From Candidatus Latescibacterota bacterium (GTDB lineage: Bacteria; Latescibacterota; UBA2968), in the NCBI GenBank assembly GCA_965204375.1, contig OZ241986.1, forward strand, positions 5,472,001 to 5,536,000: a stretch of 64,000 nucleotides of DNA, given 5' to 3'. Of the stretch, positions 44,559 through 55,091 are shown one piece after another (position 1 is the stretch's first letter; every line of letters begins with the position of its first letter). A program made the translations under genes and the position numbers. Below the pieces are notes generated by a model. The model saw only the letters and a list, made by a program, of their open reading frames with translations, was not told the DNA's origin and searched no databases.

Positions 44559-47500
44559 ATGGTTGAGAAGAATGAGAAGAGGACATCGCTTTTGCCCAGG
44601 ATTTCAGTGACGAGGCCGGTGACGGTGACGATGTGTTTGGTGGGGTTGATGGTGATTGGGTTGGTGGCTTATTGGCGCATTCCCATTCAGGCATGGGCGT
44701 CGGGCAATGACTGGAATCGGTTTTGGGTAGATGTGGCGACAGAAAATGCGTCGGTTCAAGAGCGATTTAACACCATTGCTCTGCCGATGGAGCGACATAT
44801 GCGTACGGTGAGAGAACTCAGCGATATTTACGCTTTTGCCGGCGATCCGTGGGCCGGGGTTGAGTTGAAATTTCACCGGGGTACGGATATGCGCGAGGCG
44901 TATGTTCGGGTGGCAGACCGGCTTGAGCACGCCAGGCTCGATTTGCCCGAGGAAGTGCGCGATCGGATCAAGGTGTATTCGTGGAATCAGGAAACCGATT
45001 CCGAGGTGATCTGGACGGGGTTGTCTATTCCGGAGGATATTGTCAATAAGGAGCAATGGGTTCAAACCCATGTTCTCGATCCGATTGAGCGGATTGATGG
45101 GGTGGCAAAGACCAGTGTGTGGGGGTTTGAGAATAAGGAAGTTTTGATTCTGGTGGATCAAGAGCGGTTGCGGACGCACGGCATTGAAACCCACGAGCTT
45201 GTGGCGTCGTTGCAGGAGGACAATTTTTCCCTGTCTGGCGGTCATGTGCAGGAGGGCGGTAAGCGGTTTTACGTGCGATCTCTGGCGCATTATCAAAGCC
45301 TGAAGGAGATCGAGGATATTGTTGTTCAGGGTCGTTATAGCAGCGCGCAGGTGCGTCTGAAGGATGTGGCAGATGTGGTGTATGCTGCGCCGCCTCGAGA
45401 CCGGGTGTGGCGCGTGGATGGGCAGCGCAATTTGGGCCTGGATGTATATAAGGAGTCGGGTGAGAATATCGTCGATTTGTGCAAGCGCATTGTGGTCAAA
45501 ATGGAGGAGATTGAGGCCAATACGCCTGCGGTGTTTCGCCTGTTTTACAGCGAGGGCAAGCTGATAGAAGATTCGATGGATAATTTGAAAGTCACGGGTC
45601 TTTGGGGTGGGTTGTTTGCGGCGCTGGTGTTGTTGTTTTTTCTGCGCGCTTTGCGTATGACGGCGCTGATTACGCTGTCCATTCCGCTGTGTGTGATGAT
45701 GACGATTACCGTGCTCTATTTTATGGGTTGGTCGCTCAACTTGTTGACGATGATGGGATTGATGGTGGGGGTGGGCATGGTGGTGGATAATGCGATTGTG
45801 ATTGTGGAGAATATTTATCGCTTGCGAGCAGAGGGAGAAGATCCGCGCGGTGCATCTATCTACGGAGCGAGCGAGGTGGGGTTGGCGATTACGATGGCGA
45901 CTCTGACCACTGTGGTGGTGTTTTTGCCGATGATGCTGATGAATGACAGCTTTGATATGAAGTTTTTGCTGTCGAAAATTGGAATGCCCGTGGTGTTTGC
46001 ACTGGTGGCGTCTCTGTTTGTGGCGCTGTTGTTTATTCCCTTAGCTGCACAGCGCTTTGGCGATGCAGTTGTGCGGTCAGATCCAAAGTCTATTGCTTTT
46101 GTCCGCCGCATTTATCGGCGCGGTTTGAACTGGGTTATTCACCATCGGCGGGATGCGTTTCTCGTGGTGCTGGTTTTGTTTGCCACCATTTATTTTCCAT
46201 ATCAGAATGTGAAGAAGACCGATAAGATGCGTTTTTCTTCGAATCGCGTGACCATTCGCATGTACGGGCCCAATAATTTTTCCCTAAAAGAGATGGATAA
46301 AATTGCGAGCGATCTGGAAGTGTATGTGAATGAGCGGCGGGATAGGTACAAGATCAAAAATGTTATGACGTATTTTCGGCGCGGATATATCAATTTGCGA
46401 ATGAATCTCGAGGAGGATCCCCATCAAGAGTGGTGGTATGCTGTGTATCGCTGGGCAGGCAATTTGACAGGCTTTCCCATTGAGCGGTGGATGACGCGGC
46501 AAGAGATTATTGACGAGTTGAACAAGGAGGTGCCGCGCTATGTTGGATTTCGGGTGTCGGTGGAATCTCGCAATTCGGGTGGTCGAGATCCCTATGTGAG
46601 TGTGTATTTGTACGGTCCTGATTTTGAAGAATTGGAAGATATGCTGGGGGAAGTGGAGCGGCGGTTGCAGCAGATTCCATCGGTGACGAGTTTGCAAAGC
46701 GATCTGGAGTTTGGCAAAGACGAGATTCGCATTCGCGTGAACCGCGCACAGGCAAAAAAGCACGGTATTCCGGCAGAGCGGATCAGCCGCACGCTGGCAT
46801 ATCAACTGCGCGGTGCGACATTGCCCCGGTTTCAGACGGATGATCACGAGGTGGATGTGCAATTGATTTTGGATGAATCCGACCGGCAGTCGCTGGTGCA
46901 GTTGAAGAATTTTATGTTTGTGACCGATGCGGGTGAAAAGCTGCCGTTGTCGAGTTTTGCAACTTTTGAAATAACCAAAGGTCCAGGCCATATTTTCAGG
47001 CATAATGGTCGCAACCGGTTGCGCGTGCGCGTTTATACGACCAAGGATGATGTGGAGGGGTTGTATCAGGAGGTCGATCGGGTGATGGATGGGTTCACGC
47101 TGCCGAGGGGTTATGAGTGGAACAAGGGCGAGCGGTATTCGCAGTACAGCCGGGAAAGTCAGGCGATGACATTTGCCGTGATTATGGCGATCGTGTTTGT
47201 GTTTTTGCTGATGGGCGTGTTGTTTGAGTCGGTTATTTTGCCTTTTGCCGTGATTTTTTCGATTCCGTTTTCGTTTTTGGGGGTGTACTGGGGGTTGTGG
47301 CTAACGGGTACGACGATGGATTTTATGTCGAGTGTGGGGGCGATTGTGCTGATTGGGGTGGTGGTCAACAATGCGATTGTGCTGGTCGATATGATCAATC
47401 GGTTGCGCCAGGCGGGTATGGATCGCGCGGAGGCAATTATGGCGGCGGGTCACAATCGCTTTCGCCCCATTTTGATGACGACCTGCACGACGGTGTTCGG

Positions 47501-47729
47501 GTTGTTTCCCATGGCGATTGGCAGCAGTACGATGATGGGGATGCCCTATGCGCCGCTGGGGATTACGATGATGGGCGGGCTGATTGTGTCAACGGCGCTG
47601 ACGCTGTTTGTGATTCCGCTGTTTTACGTTTTGTTGGATGATTTGCGCGGGTTATTGAAGCGGATTGCCGCGGTGAGTTTCCAGAGGTCTGAGCGATGGG
47701 GGGGTGACCCGGCGCAGGCGGCGGATTAA
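44559..47729 (+). CDS. RND efflux transporter permease (AcrB/D/F family)
   Basis: GMVVDNAIVIVEN, GVVVNNAIVLVD, RFRPILMTT; two-repeat TM layout. Confidence 0.92.
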   Translation: MVEKNEKRTSLLPRISVTRPVTVTMCLVGLMVIGLVAYWRIPIQAWASGNDWNRFWVDVATENASVQERFNTIALPMERHMRTVRELSDIYAFAGDPWAGVELKFHRGTDMREAYVRVADRLEHARLDLPEEVRDRIKVYSWNQETDSEVIWTGLSIPEDIVNKEQWVQTHVLDPIERIDGVAKTSVWGFENKEVLILVDQERLRTHGIETHELVASLQEDNFSLSGGHVQEGGKRFYVRSLAHYQSLKEIEDIVVQGRYSSAQVRLKDVADVVYAAPPRDRVWRVDGQRNLGLDVYKESGENIVDLCKRIVVKMEEIEANTPAVFRLFYSEGKLIEDSMDNLKVTGLWGGLFAALVLLFFLRALRMTALITLSIPLCVMMTITVLYFMGWSLNLLTMMGLMVGVGMVVDNAIVIVENIYRLRAEGEDPRGASIYGASEVGLAITMATLTTVVVFLPMMLMNDSFDMKFLLSKIGMPVVFALVASLFVALLFIPLAAQRFGDAVVRSDPKSIAFVRRIYRRGLNWVIHHRRDAFLVVLVLFATIYFPYQNVKKTDKMRFSSNRVTIRMYGPNNFSLKEMDKIASDLEVYVNERRDRYKIKNVMTYFRRGYINLRMNLEEDPHQEWWYAVYRWAGNLTGFPIERWMTRQEIIDELNKEVPRYVGFRVSVESRNSGGRDPYVSVYLYGPDFEELEDMLGEVERRLQQIPSVTSLQSDLEFGKDEIRIRVNRAQAKKHGIPAERISRTLAYQLRGATLPRFQTDDHEVDVQLILDESDRQSLVQLKNFMFVTDAGEKLPLSSFATFEITKGPGHIFRHNGRNRLRVRVYTTKDDVEGLYQEVDRVMDGFTLPRGYEWNKGERYSQYSRESQAMTFAVIMAIVFVFLLMGVLFESVILPFAVIFSIPFSFLGVYWGLWLTGTTMDFMSSVGAIVLIGVVVNNAIVLVDMINRLRQAGMDRAEAIMAAGHNRFRPILMTTCTTVFGLFPMAIGSSTMMGMPYAPLGITMMGGLIVSTALTLFVIPLFYVLLDDLRGLLKRIAAVSFQRSERWGGDPAQAAD

Positions 47730-47756
47730 AACGGGTCATAGAACCACTTCTCTCCC

Positions 47757-47800
47757 AAACAGAGGGCTGTGCTTATTTTGCACGGCTCTCTGTTTTTGTT
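47757..47800. terminator. Likely bidirectional terminator between convergent genes
   Basis: AAACAGAGGGCTGTGC-TTATTTT-GCACGGCTCTCTGTTT. Confidence 0.7.
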
Positions 47801-47812
47801 TTTGATGGGGAT

Positions 47813-49117
47813 CTAATTTGCAGGATCGGAAGGCGTATTGGGGTTGTTTAATCGCTCCTGGTCGGCATAGGGATAGAAATTTCGATTTCGCTCAAAGGGG
47901 TCGGATGAGGGGCCGGGTTGACCGAGGCGCCTGCTGTCTTCCAATCCAGTACCGTTCAGGAATAATTCCGCTCTGCGTTGCCGAAAGATTTCTTCTGTGA
48001 TGGCCTCGACGGTTTGTGGACCGCTGTAGGGTGGTAGCGATGCCCCAATGCCAAAGGGATCACGATCGGGTGTTTTTGTGCGGATGGCGTCTATTTCGGC
48101 GATCGCTCCTGTGATATTTCCCATCATTGCGTTTGCCTCTGCCCGTATCAGGGCCATTTCGCCGGGCAAATATGCCGGGATGGACGATGTGGCGGTGTTC
48201 CAAAAGCCGGATAGCGTTTCAATCGGCAAGGCGTTGGGATTGCTCAGGCGGTCATTTGGCATGAGATAAAATGCAAGTCTCGCATCGTTGCCGTCTGTGA
48301 CCAGCGTTCCGAAATTATCTCTTGGAGCATAATCATCCGCAACAAAAACCTGGTTGTAAATGGGGTTCTGATTGTCGGCGTCATAAGTATAGACAGATGT
48401 TGCCGAGGGATCGATGGTATTGGCGGCTTCAAGTGCGGCTGGATAATTTCCCGCGAACAGGTTATAGCGCGCCCGATAAGCGTGAATAGTATTTAAGAGA
48501 TCGAATCCCTGCCCCAGAATATCTGAGTTGAACTGAGCAGATGGTGGCGTGGCCGAGATGGTTTGGAGCGCGTTGTCCAGCAACCGAATCGCTTCAGCAA
48601 ATACCTCAGACCGCGGCACGAAAGTGGCTTGTCCATCGGCCTGTACATCTGTTGGTGCCTGTTCAAAAGCCTGTGCGACGAATCCCAGACACATCGCTTT
48701 GTAAAGTTGAGAGAGTGCAATAATGCCGCTGCGCGTACCTTCTGATAGTTGTACATTGGGCGCGCTGTCGATCAAATCGTTGGCTATTCCGATGACGCGG
48801 TATGATTCGAACCAGATCGCGCTGACACCGCTGTTTGCGCCAGACAAAGCGTTGAGGCCATCCTCTAATTGTATGAGGTTGGCAAAGGTCGTGTTTGCCG
48901 CAAATTCGCGACTTGTAATTGCCGGATGACGAATGTATGAATCGACATTCTGACTCGCGTAATCTCGTTGCATGCCAATGGCGAGTGCGATAATGCCGTC
49001 ACTGGTGGTTAAAACGCGCTCTTCCACTGCCTGGTTTGGATTTGTTATGTTTAAATCGCAACCTTGTGTGAAAAAGAGCAGCAATATCGGGAGAATATAC
49101 AGGTGACTTGATTTCAT
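47813..49117 (-). CDS. SusD/RagB-family lipoprotein
   Basis: Lipobox TQG-C, ARYNL, LIRAEA, RRAELFLNG, DSRR, ERLNNPN. Confidence 0.85.
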   Translation of the reverse strand: MKSSHLYILPILLLFFTQGCDLNITNPNQAVEERVLTTSDGIIALAIGMQRDYASQNVDSYIRHPAITSREFAANTTFANLIQLEDGLNALSGANSGVSAIWFESYRVIGIANDLIDSAPNVQLSEGTRSGIIALSQLYKAMCLGFVAQAFEQAPTDVQADGQATFVPRSEVFAEAIRLLDNALQTISATPPSAQFNSDILGQGFDLLNTIHAYRARYNLFAGNYPAALEAANTIDPSATSVYTYDADNQNPIYNQVFVADDYAPRDNFGTLVTDGNDARLAFYLMPNDRLSNPNALPIETLSGFWNTATSSIPAYLPGEMALIRAEANAMMGNITGAIAEIDAIRTKTPDRDPFGIGASLPPYSGPQTVEAITEEIFRQRRAELFLNGTGLEDSRRLGQPGPSSDPFERNRNFYPYADQERLNNPNTPSDPAN

Positions 49118-49127
49118 ATTTTTTCCC

Positions 49128-52040
49128 TTAGTAATTCAAACTTATACGGAATGCAATACTGCGCGGGATGGGCACTTCTACGAAGTCAAATCCGCGTACT
49201 GCGGTGCGCTGTCCGGCGATGTTGGTTTCCGGATCGTAACCGCTGTAGTCGTCTATGGAAAGCAAATTGCGTCCAATCAGGCTCAATTGAATGCCGCTCA
49301 ATCCCAAAAATTGGGGCTGCCAGCGATAAGATGCGGACAGTTCGCGCAATTTCACAAAGGATCCATCTTCGATCCATTGTTCAAAAATTCGGAAGACCCG
49401 CGCATTATAGCCAGCGGGGAGTTCGCCGTTTAATTCGCGTTCGTAGTCTGTTAAAACGCCGAATGCGCTCAATGCGGCCAGGCGTCTGGTAAAGTTGAAT
49501 ACATCGCCACCTATGATGGCGTCCCATTGCATGCGAAATGACCAGTTTTGCCCCACGGCGATTTGATTGATCCATGAAGCGGTAAAGTCCGGGTTGGGAT
49601 CGCCAATAATTTTGCGATCAGCCGCTTGTATCGGGAGATTGTTTTCGTCGTTTGCGATATTGCCCTGGGCATCGCGTTCAAAAGCCGTGCTGAAGAAAAC
49701 TCCGAGGGGTTCGCCGTTGATGGCCGAGACCTGGGAAAACGAATTTGGGATGATCAATCGCCCGCCCTCAATGCCATCGACTTTGTTTTTGTTGGTCGAA
49801 TACGTGAAGGTCGATTCCCAGCGGAGATTGGGGCGTGCAAGCGGAATCGCGCGCACGAGGAGTTCCAACCCGGTATTGTCCATGGTGCCGACATTTTGCA
49901 GGGCACGCGAATGACCTGTGGAGGGGGATAATGTGCGGAATAGCAATAAGTCGTCGATGCGCTGATCGTAATAGGTCAGTTCTATGCCCAGGCGATTGGA
50001 CAGGAGACTAAAATCCGTCCCTATTTCAATTTCTCGCTGTCTTTCGGGTTTGATCGTCCCGCCGAGTTGTGTGCTGGGCACCAGACCGGGGTTGCCGTCA
50101 TAGGAGGATGCATTGTAATTGGTCAGGCGGTCATACGGCCCAATAGCTGTTTGACCCCCTGAAGCGCCTATGGAGGCTCGCAATTTGAAGTCTGGAAGGA
50201 TGTTTTGAAGTGCGCTATTTTGCCAGAAGCCCGTATCTGAAATGAGATAGGAGGCACTCGCTTTTGGATAAAATTGCCAGCGATTATCCGCGTCATAGAC
50301 CGAGGAGGCGTCGATGCGGGCGGCAGCCGTGACAAAAAGACGGTTGGCGATCCCAAAGGTTTGCTGGACAAATCCGCCATAAATGACCCTTTTGCTTCTA
50401 AATTCGCCTGCGACGACGTTTGCACCGCTTGATACGACTTCTGCAACGGGACTCAGATTTCTGCCTTCTGCGCTGAAGTTTTCTCCTTTTTCGTATTGCA
50501 GGGTTCCGCCGATGCGCGTGGTTGATTGCACGTTGGGAAATATGTCCCGCTGGTATCTGATGTTGAGGTCATTGTTGAGTTGCAGAAAATCGAATACGGC
50601 TCTTCGAGAAAAGCCATTTGCCAGGCCCGGCGCAGAGGTACCGGTAGGGATAAATGCGATGGCCGTTTGATCGTAGGTATCAATGCCCAGAGTATAGTCG
50701 ATACTCAATCCAGATAGCGGGGTTGCATCTATCTGTGCACTTCCAATATAGCGCGTGATTTCTTGTGTGAAATCGTATCGATCGATGACTTCGAGGGGAT
50801 TGGCGAGAATGCCGTCGTCCGGATAAGTACCGGTTTCGGGGTCGGGCGTGAGATTATAGGTATTGGGACCAAAAATAAAACCCGTCATCGAGCCGTAGTT
50901 TGAATTTAGTCCGCCGTTGGGGATGTCATTGCTTTTGCTGAATACGAAATTTCCCCCCACAGATAAGGTCAACCAGTTTGACAAATTCTGGTCGATGCGC
51001 GTTCGGGCACTGATCCGCCGGAACAATGTGTTTTCAACCACGCCTTGATCGGCGAGATAGGACCCGGAGGCAAAATAACGGGTATTGCCAGATCCTCCCG
51101 AAATCGACGCATAGTGCTCCATTCCCGCGGCGCGTCTGAAGATGGCGTCCTGATGGTCAAAGCGCTGCACATCGGAGCCATCGGAATTTTTATTTCCCCT
51201 GTTGTCAACGGTTGCCCGATTTACAGGCAGTGTTTTGCGTATTTTTGACGTTGAGAGACCATAGGTATAGTTTATGCGAGGCTTGCCCTGGGCACCGCGT
51301 TTTGTAAATATTTGCACGACACCGTTGTTTGCACGCGATCCGTACAGGGCTGCTGCTGCTGCGCCTTTTACGATTTCAATGCGTTCTACGTCGTTTGGGT
51401 TGAGATCGATGAGTCGATTTTGCGACCCACCGCCCAGGCGGATGAGTTCTGGGGAGTCGTTGTTCACTATGACGCCATCTACCACATAGAGGGGGTCGGC
51501 ATCGCCCAGGACGGTACCGGTTCCGCGCAGACGGATGGTTACGCCGCCGCCGGGGTTGCCCGAGTTTTGCTGGATGAGGGCACCAGCTAATTTACCGGTC
51601 AGTGCTTTGTCGAGGGATGTGGCGCCCGTGGATTCCAATTGGCGAATGGTCAGGGTGGAGATGGCATTTCCCAGTTGTTTTTTGCTGGCTGCAACGGAAA
51701 GGCCGGTGACGACGATTTCGTCAAATTGCAAGACATCTACGGCGAGTTGAAAAGAGACTTCCACAAGGCCGCTGTTTTGGTGAATGGTTTGTCTGGCGGA
51801 TTTGTAGCCCACAAAGCGCGCTTCGATGGTGGTTTCCGCTGCTGGCTCTGATAAATATAGCGCGAAATTGCCCTGGGCATCGGTGTTCGTGCCAGTTGTT
51901 GTGCCGATGACAATGATATTGGCACCCGGCAGACTCTCGCCTCGCTCGTCGGTGACTGCGCCTTTAATGGTGAGTTGGGCAAAGGCCGAAATAGGGATGC
52001 TGAGAGAGAGACAAAGAACGAAAAATAGTCGAGGTAACAT
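49128..52040 (-). CDS. SusC/RagA-family TonB-dependent transporter
   Basis: PLYVVDG, DLNPNDVERIEIVKGAAAAALYGSRANNGVVQIFTK, YSGYDPE. Confidence 0.92.
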   Translation of the reverse strand: MLPRLFFVLCLSLSIPISAFAQLTIKGAVTDERGESLPGANIIVIGTTTGTNTDAQGNFALYLSEPAAETTIEARFVGYKSARQTIHQNSGLVEVSFQLAVDVLQFDEIVVTGLSVAASKKQLGNAISTLTIRQLESTGATSLDKALTGKLAGALIQQNSGNPGGGVTIRLRGTGTVLGDADPLYVVDGVIVNNDSPELIRLGGGSQNRLIDLNPNDVERIEIVKGAAAAALYGSRANNGVVQIFTKRGAQGKPRINYTYGLSTSKIRKTLPVNRATVDNRGNKNSDGSDVQRFDHQDAIFRRAAGMEHYASISGGSGNTRYFASGSYLADQGVVENTLFRRISARTRIDQNLSNWLTLSVGGNFVFSKSNDIPNGGLNSNYGSMTGFIFGPNTYNLTPDPETGTYPDDGILANPLEVIDRYDFTQEITRYIGSAQIDATPLSGLSIDYTLGIDTYDQTAIAFIPTGTSAPGLANGFSRRAVFDFLQLNNDLNIRYQRDIFPNVQSTTRIGGTLQYEKGENFSAEGRNLSPVAEVVSSGANVVAGEFRSKRVIYGGFVQQTFGIANRLFVTAAARIDASSVYDADNRWQFYPKASASYLISDTGFWQNSALQNILPDFKLRASIGASGGQTAIGPYDRLTNYNASSYDGNPGLVPSTQLGGTIKPERQREIEIGTDFSLLSNRLGIELTYYDQRIDDLLLFRTLSPSTGHSRALQNVGTMDNTGLELLVRAIPLARPNLRWESTFTYSTNKNKVDGIEGGRLIIPNSFSQVSAINGEPLGVFFSTAFERDAQGNIANDENNLPIQAADRKIIGDPNPDFTASWINQIAVGQNWSFRMQWDAIIGGDVFNFTRRLAALSAFGVLTDYERELNGELPAGYNARVFRIFEQWIEDGSFVKLRELSASYRWQPQFLGLSGIQLSLIGRNLLSIDDYSGYDPETNIAGQRTAVRGFDFVEVPIPRSIAFRISLNY

Positions 52041-52179
52041 GTGTAATTCTCCTTATATTTAAATGAAATGTAACTAATTGTTGGGTGACTGTCACGGTGT
52101 TTTTTATTTGCTCAAAGTTGTTATTTTTTTGAAATTCAGAGGATGTCACAAAGAAAATATCACAACAGGAGGAAGTACC

Positions 52180-53016
52180 ATGAGCGAGTCGAATAGCGAT
52201 CCGAGATATACGATGGGGCGCAGTGAGGGAGAGACGGAGCGTTTGATTCAGCAGTCGCAACTTTACGAGGCTGTGACGTTGCGTTTTTTTCAGGAGGCGG
52301 GTCTTGTTAGCGGGATGCGAGTTCTCGATGTGGGTAGCGGTGCCGGAGATGTGGCGATGGCGGCCGCTAAACTGGTCGGTGCAGAGGGGGAAGTCGTGGG
52401 TGTGGATGTCAATGCGGGGATTCTCGATACGGCCAGAGCGCGGGTGAGAGAACTGGGTTTTGAAAATATTCAGTTCACGGCGGGGGATGCTCGAACGCTG
52501 GATGTAGGAGGGGACTTTGATGCTGTGGTCGGGCGCCTTGTTCTCATGTATATGTCTGATCCTGCAGATGCTTTGAAAGAGTTCATAAGGCACTTGCGCC
52601 CGGGGGGTATTGTCGCTTTTCAGGAGGCTGATTTTACGCCTTATATGTCGATTTATCGTTCAGATACGCCCCTTATGAACAAGCTGGTTGAATGGGGGGT
52701 TGCAGTTTTTCAGCGTTCAGGGGCGCATACTGAAATGGGCATGGATCTCCATCGCACGTTTTTGGATGCCGGTTTACCTGCGCCTGTTTTGCATTTTGTA
52801 GCGCCATTGGGGGGCGCAGAATCGTGGGCTGGGTACGATTTTATGGCCGGCGCCTTTCGCAGTCTGGTCCCGCTTATGGAAGAGTTTGGAATTGCGACTG
52901 CTGAAGAGGTCGATGTGGATACACTCGCAGATCGGATTTGGGAAGAGATCAGGGTGTCAAAACGCCCGCTTCTCTTGCCACCGCATGTGACCGCGTGGAC
53001 GCGGCTTGAGACATAG
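52180..53016 (+). CDS. Class I SAM-dependent methyltransferase
   Basis: AGGAGG RBS; RVLDVGSGAG, GVD, FDAVVGR, LRPGG. Confidence 0.88.
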   Translation: MSESNSDPRYTMGRSEGETERLIQQSQLYEAVTLRFFQEAGLVSGMRVLDVGSGAGDVAMAAAKLVGAEGEVVGVDVNAGILDTARARVRELGFENIQFTAGDARTLDVGGDFDAVVGRLVLMYMSDPADALKEFIRHLRPGGIVAFQEADFTPYMSIYRSDTPLMNKLVEWGVAVFQRSGAHTEMGMDLHRTFLDAGLPAPVLHFVAPLGGAESWAGYDFMAGAFRSLVPLMEEFGIATAEEVDVDTLADRIWEEIRVSKRPLLLPPHVTAWTRLET

Positions 53017-53074
53017 GGGTGTTAGGACGGCGAATCAAATGTTTTAATTTTGAATGAATACTGGAGGGACCACG

Positions 53075-53590
53075 ATGACCCGATCTGAACTCGCTCATCG
53101 CATTTATCAGACTTCTCATTTGACCGGGCAATTTACGCTTCGCTCAGGTGCGGTTGCGACAGAGTATTTCGACAAGTATCAGTTTGAAACCCGTCCCGAA
53201 CTGCTCTGCGAACTCGCCGCGCATCTCCAGCCCCTGATTCCCGAGGATACAGATGTTCTCGCAGGTCTCGAACTCGGTGGCGTGCCCCTGGCGACGATGC
53301 TTTCTCAGTTGTCCGGGCTGCCCACGTGTTTTGTGCGAAAAGAGGCCAAGACTTATGGGACTTGCAAACTCGCCGAAGGGGTTGATATATCTGGTAAGAA
53401 TTTGCTGGTCGTTGAAGATGTGGTCACTTCTGGTGGGCAGGTTGTTCTTTCCACTCGGGACCTTCGCAATCTCGGCGCGCGCGTTTCACAGGCGATATGT
53501 GTGATTGACCGCGAGTCCGGTGGCACAGAGAATCTCGCCGAAGAGGGTATTGAACTCCGCGCGCTGTTTCGGATGAGCGAGTTGACGTGA
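53075..53590 (+). CDS. pyrE: Orotate phosphoribosyltransferase
   Basis: FTLRSG..YFDK, VRKEAKTYG, VVEDVVTSG PRPP-binding loop. Confidence 0.88.
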   Translation: MTRSELAHRIYQTSHLTGQFTLRSGAVATEYFDKYQFETRPELLCELAAHLQPLIPEDTDVLAGLELGGVPLATMLSQLSGLPTCFVRKEAKTYGTCKLAEGVDISGKNLLVVEDVVTSGGQVVLSTRDLRNLGARVSQAICVIDRESGGTENLAEEGIELRALFRMSELT

Positions 53591-54189
53591 CGGTGGGCGC
53601 GGAACTTATGAATACTTTTCAAAGGATTGCGACATCCCTATCGGCGTATCAGGCCAGTATTTGTTCGGAAACGGATAAAACGCAGGCGGCTGTTGCTGCG
53701 GTTTTTCATCCGCGACGGGATGATCTCTATCTTCTCTTTATCGAGCGTGCCGCACACCCCAAAGATCCCTGGTCGGGGCATATCGCCTTTCCCGGTGGTA
53801 CAGCCGAACCCGATGATCCGGATCTCAAATACACGGCTGAGCGCGAGACCCGCGAGGAACTCGGTCTCGATCTGAGCACCGCGCAGTATCTCGGTCGTCT
53901 GGACGATGTCACGGGTGCGACGTTGCCCATCCAGGTGGCCTGTTTTGTTTATGCGATTTTTGAAGGCGTTGAGGTTGCGCCCAATGACGAGGTGCGCGAT
54001 GTTTTCTGGACGCCTTTTGCACATTTCGCCGATTCCTCGCGGTGGCAGAGGCTCGATCTCGAAGGTTGGCGCAATATGCCGGCTATTGATTTGCTCGGTG
54101 CCAATCGCCCCGTGCTGTGGGGGCTGACCTATCGCATGGTTGCGCAACTGGCGGGGTTTGCGGGTGTTGATTTGCCCGAAAGGCCATAG
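53587..54189 (+). CDS. Nudix CoA pyrophosphatase (NudL-like)
   Basis: WSGHIAFPGG...TAERETREELG Nudix box; LWGLT. Confidence 0.85.
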   Translation: MTVGAELMNTFQRIATSLSAYQASICSETDKTQAAVAAVFHPRRDDLYLLFIERAAHPKDPWSGHIAFPGGTAEPDDPDLKYTAERETREELGLDLSTAQYLGRLDDVTGATLPIQVACFVYAIFEGVEVAPNDEVRDVFWTPFAHFADSSRWQRLDLEGWRNMPAIDLLGANRPVLWGLTYRMVAQLAGFAGVDLPERP

Positions 54190-54238
54190 AAGTTCGCGTT
54201 TCCCAGCACCTGAATTATTCATTAAACTTAGGAGAACA

Positions 54239-55075
54239 ATGACTGAACTCAAACAAAAGGCAATACCAGATCGCGTTGAAATATTCCGTAGCGGACAAAA
54301 AGATCCCATTCTCATTCAGCAGGCCAGAGCTGATACCCGTGCCTATATTCACCCCATTGTGGCGCCCGACGGCAATGGCATCCTTACCGAAGATACCCCC
54401 TCGCACCATCCCTGGCAGCACGGCCTTTATGTGGGTCTCAATGAGGTCAACGGGGTTGGGTTCTGGACAGAGGGACTGCAGGAGAGGCGCAAAGATCAGG
54501 ACGGGACTTTTCATCCCGAACCGGTCAGCAATACAGATGTGTACAATAATACTGCTACCTGGACCGTTACCAGCGAATGGCGAGATCCCGACGGTGCGCC
54601 TATGCTCACCGAAATACAGGCATGGACTTTCAACGATCAAGGCGATACGTACGATATCGATATCACATGGTCCCTCACCGCATTCTGTGATCTTACCTTT
54701 GGAGAATACGCCTACGGTGGTCTCTTTCTTCGAATGCCCTACAAAAGAGACCTCGGCGGCGAGGCCATCAACAGTGAGGGGCAGACCAATCGCGACGCTG
54801 AAGGACAACGCGCACAATGGGTTTCTGTCTCTATTCCCATCGAAGGACGCACTGACTGGGCTGGCATTGCGATGATGGATCACCCCACCAATCCCGAATA
54901 CCCCAATCCCTGGCGCGTTGACGGCCAACTCGGCATTGTGCCCAGCCGCTGTATTGCTGGTCCCTGGACGCTAACACAAGGAGAGACGACCGCGAGTAAG
55001 TATCGGTTGTTTGTTTTCTGTGGTAGAACGGATATTTCGCGTGTTGAAGAGAATTGGGCCAGTTTTTCCGCGTAG
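54239..55075 (+). CDS. DUF6807 / 'PmoA-family' hypothetical protein
   Basis: YIHP, HHPWQHGL, YGGLFLR, DHPTNP..P..W motifs. Confidence 0.7.
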   Translation: MTELKQKAIPDRVEIFRSGQKDPILIQQARADTRAYIHPIVAPDGNGILTEDTPSHHPWQHGLYVGLNEVNGVGFWTEGLQERRKDQDGTFHPEPVSNTDVYNNTATWTVTSEWRDPDGAPMLTEIQAWTFNDQGDTYDIDITWSLTAFCDLTFGEYAYGGLFLRMPYKRDLGGEAINSEGQTNRDAEGQRAQWVSVSIPIEGRTDWAGIAMMDHPTNPEYPNPWRVDGQLGIVPSRCIAGPWTLTQGETTASKYRLFVFCGRTDISRVEENWASFSA

Positions 55076-55091
55076 TAGAGGGCGTGCGTTC

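Noticed and set aside
52085-52095. GTGACTGTCAC palindrome between susC and the methyltransferase
   Set aside because: Only 11 bp and single copy; not enough to call an operator
54239-55075. Particulate methane monooxygenase subunit A
   Set aside because: The 'PmoA family' label is misleading; the protein has no TM helices and there is no pmoB/pmoC
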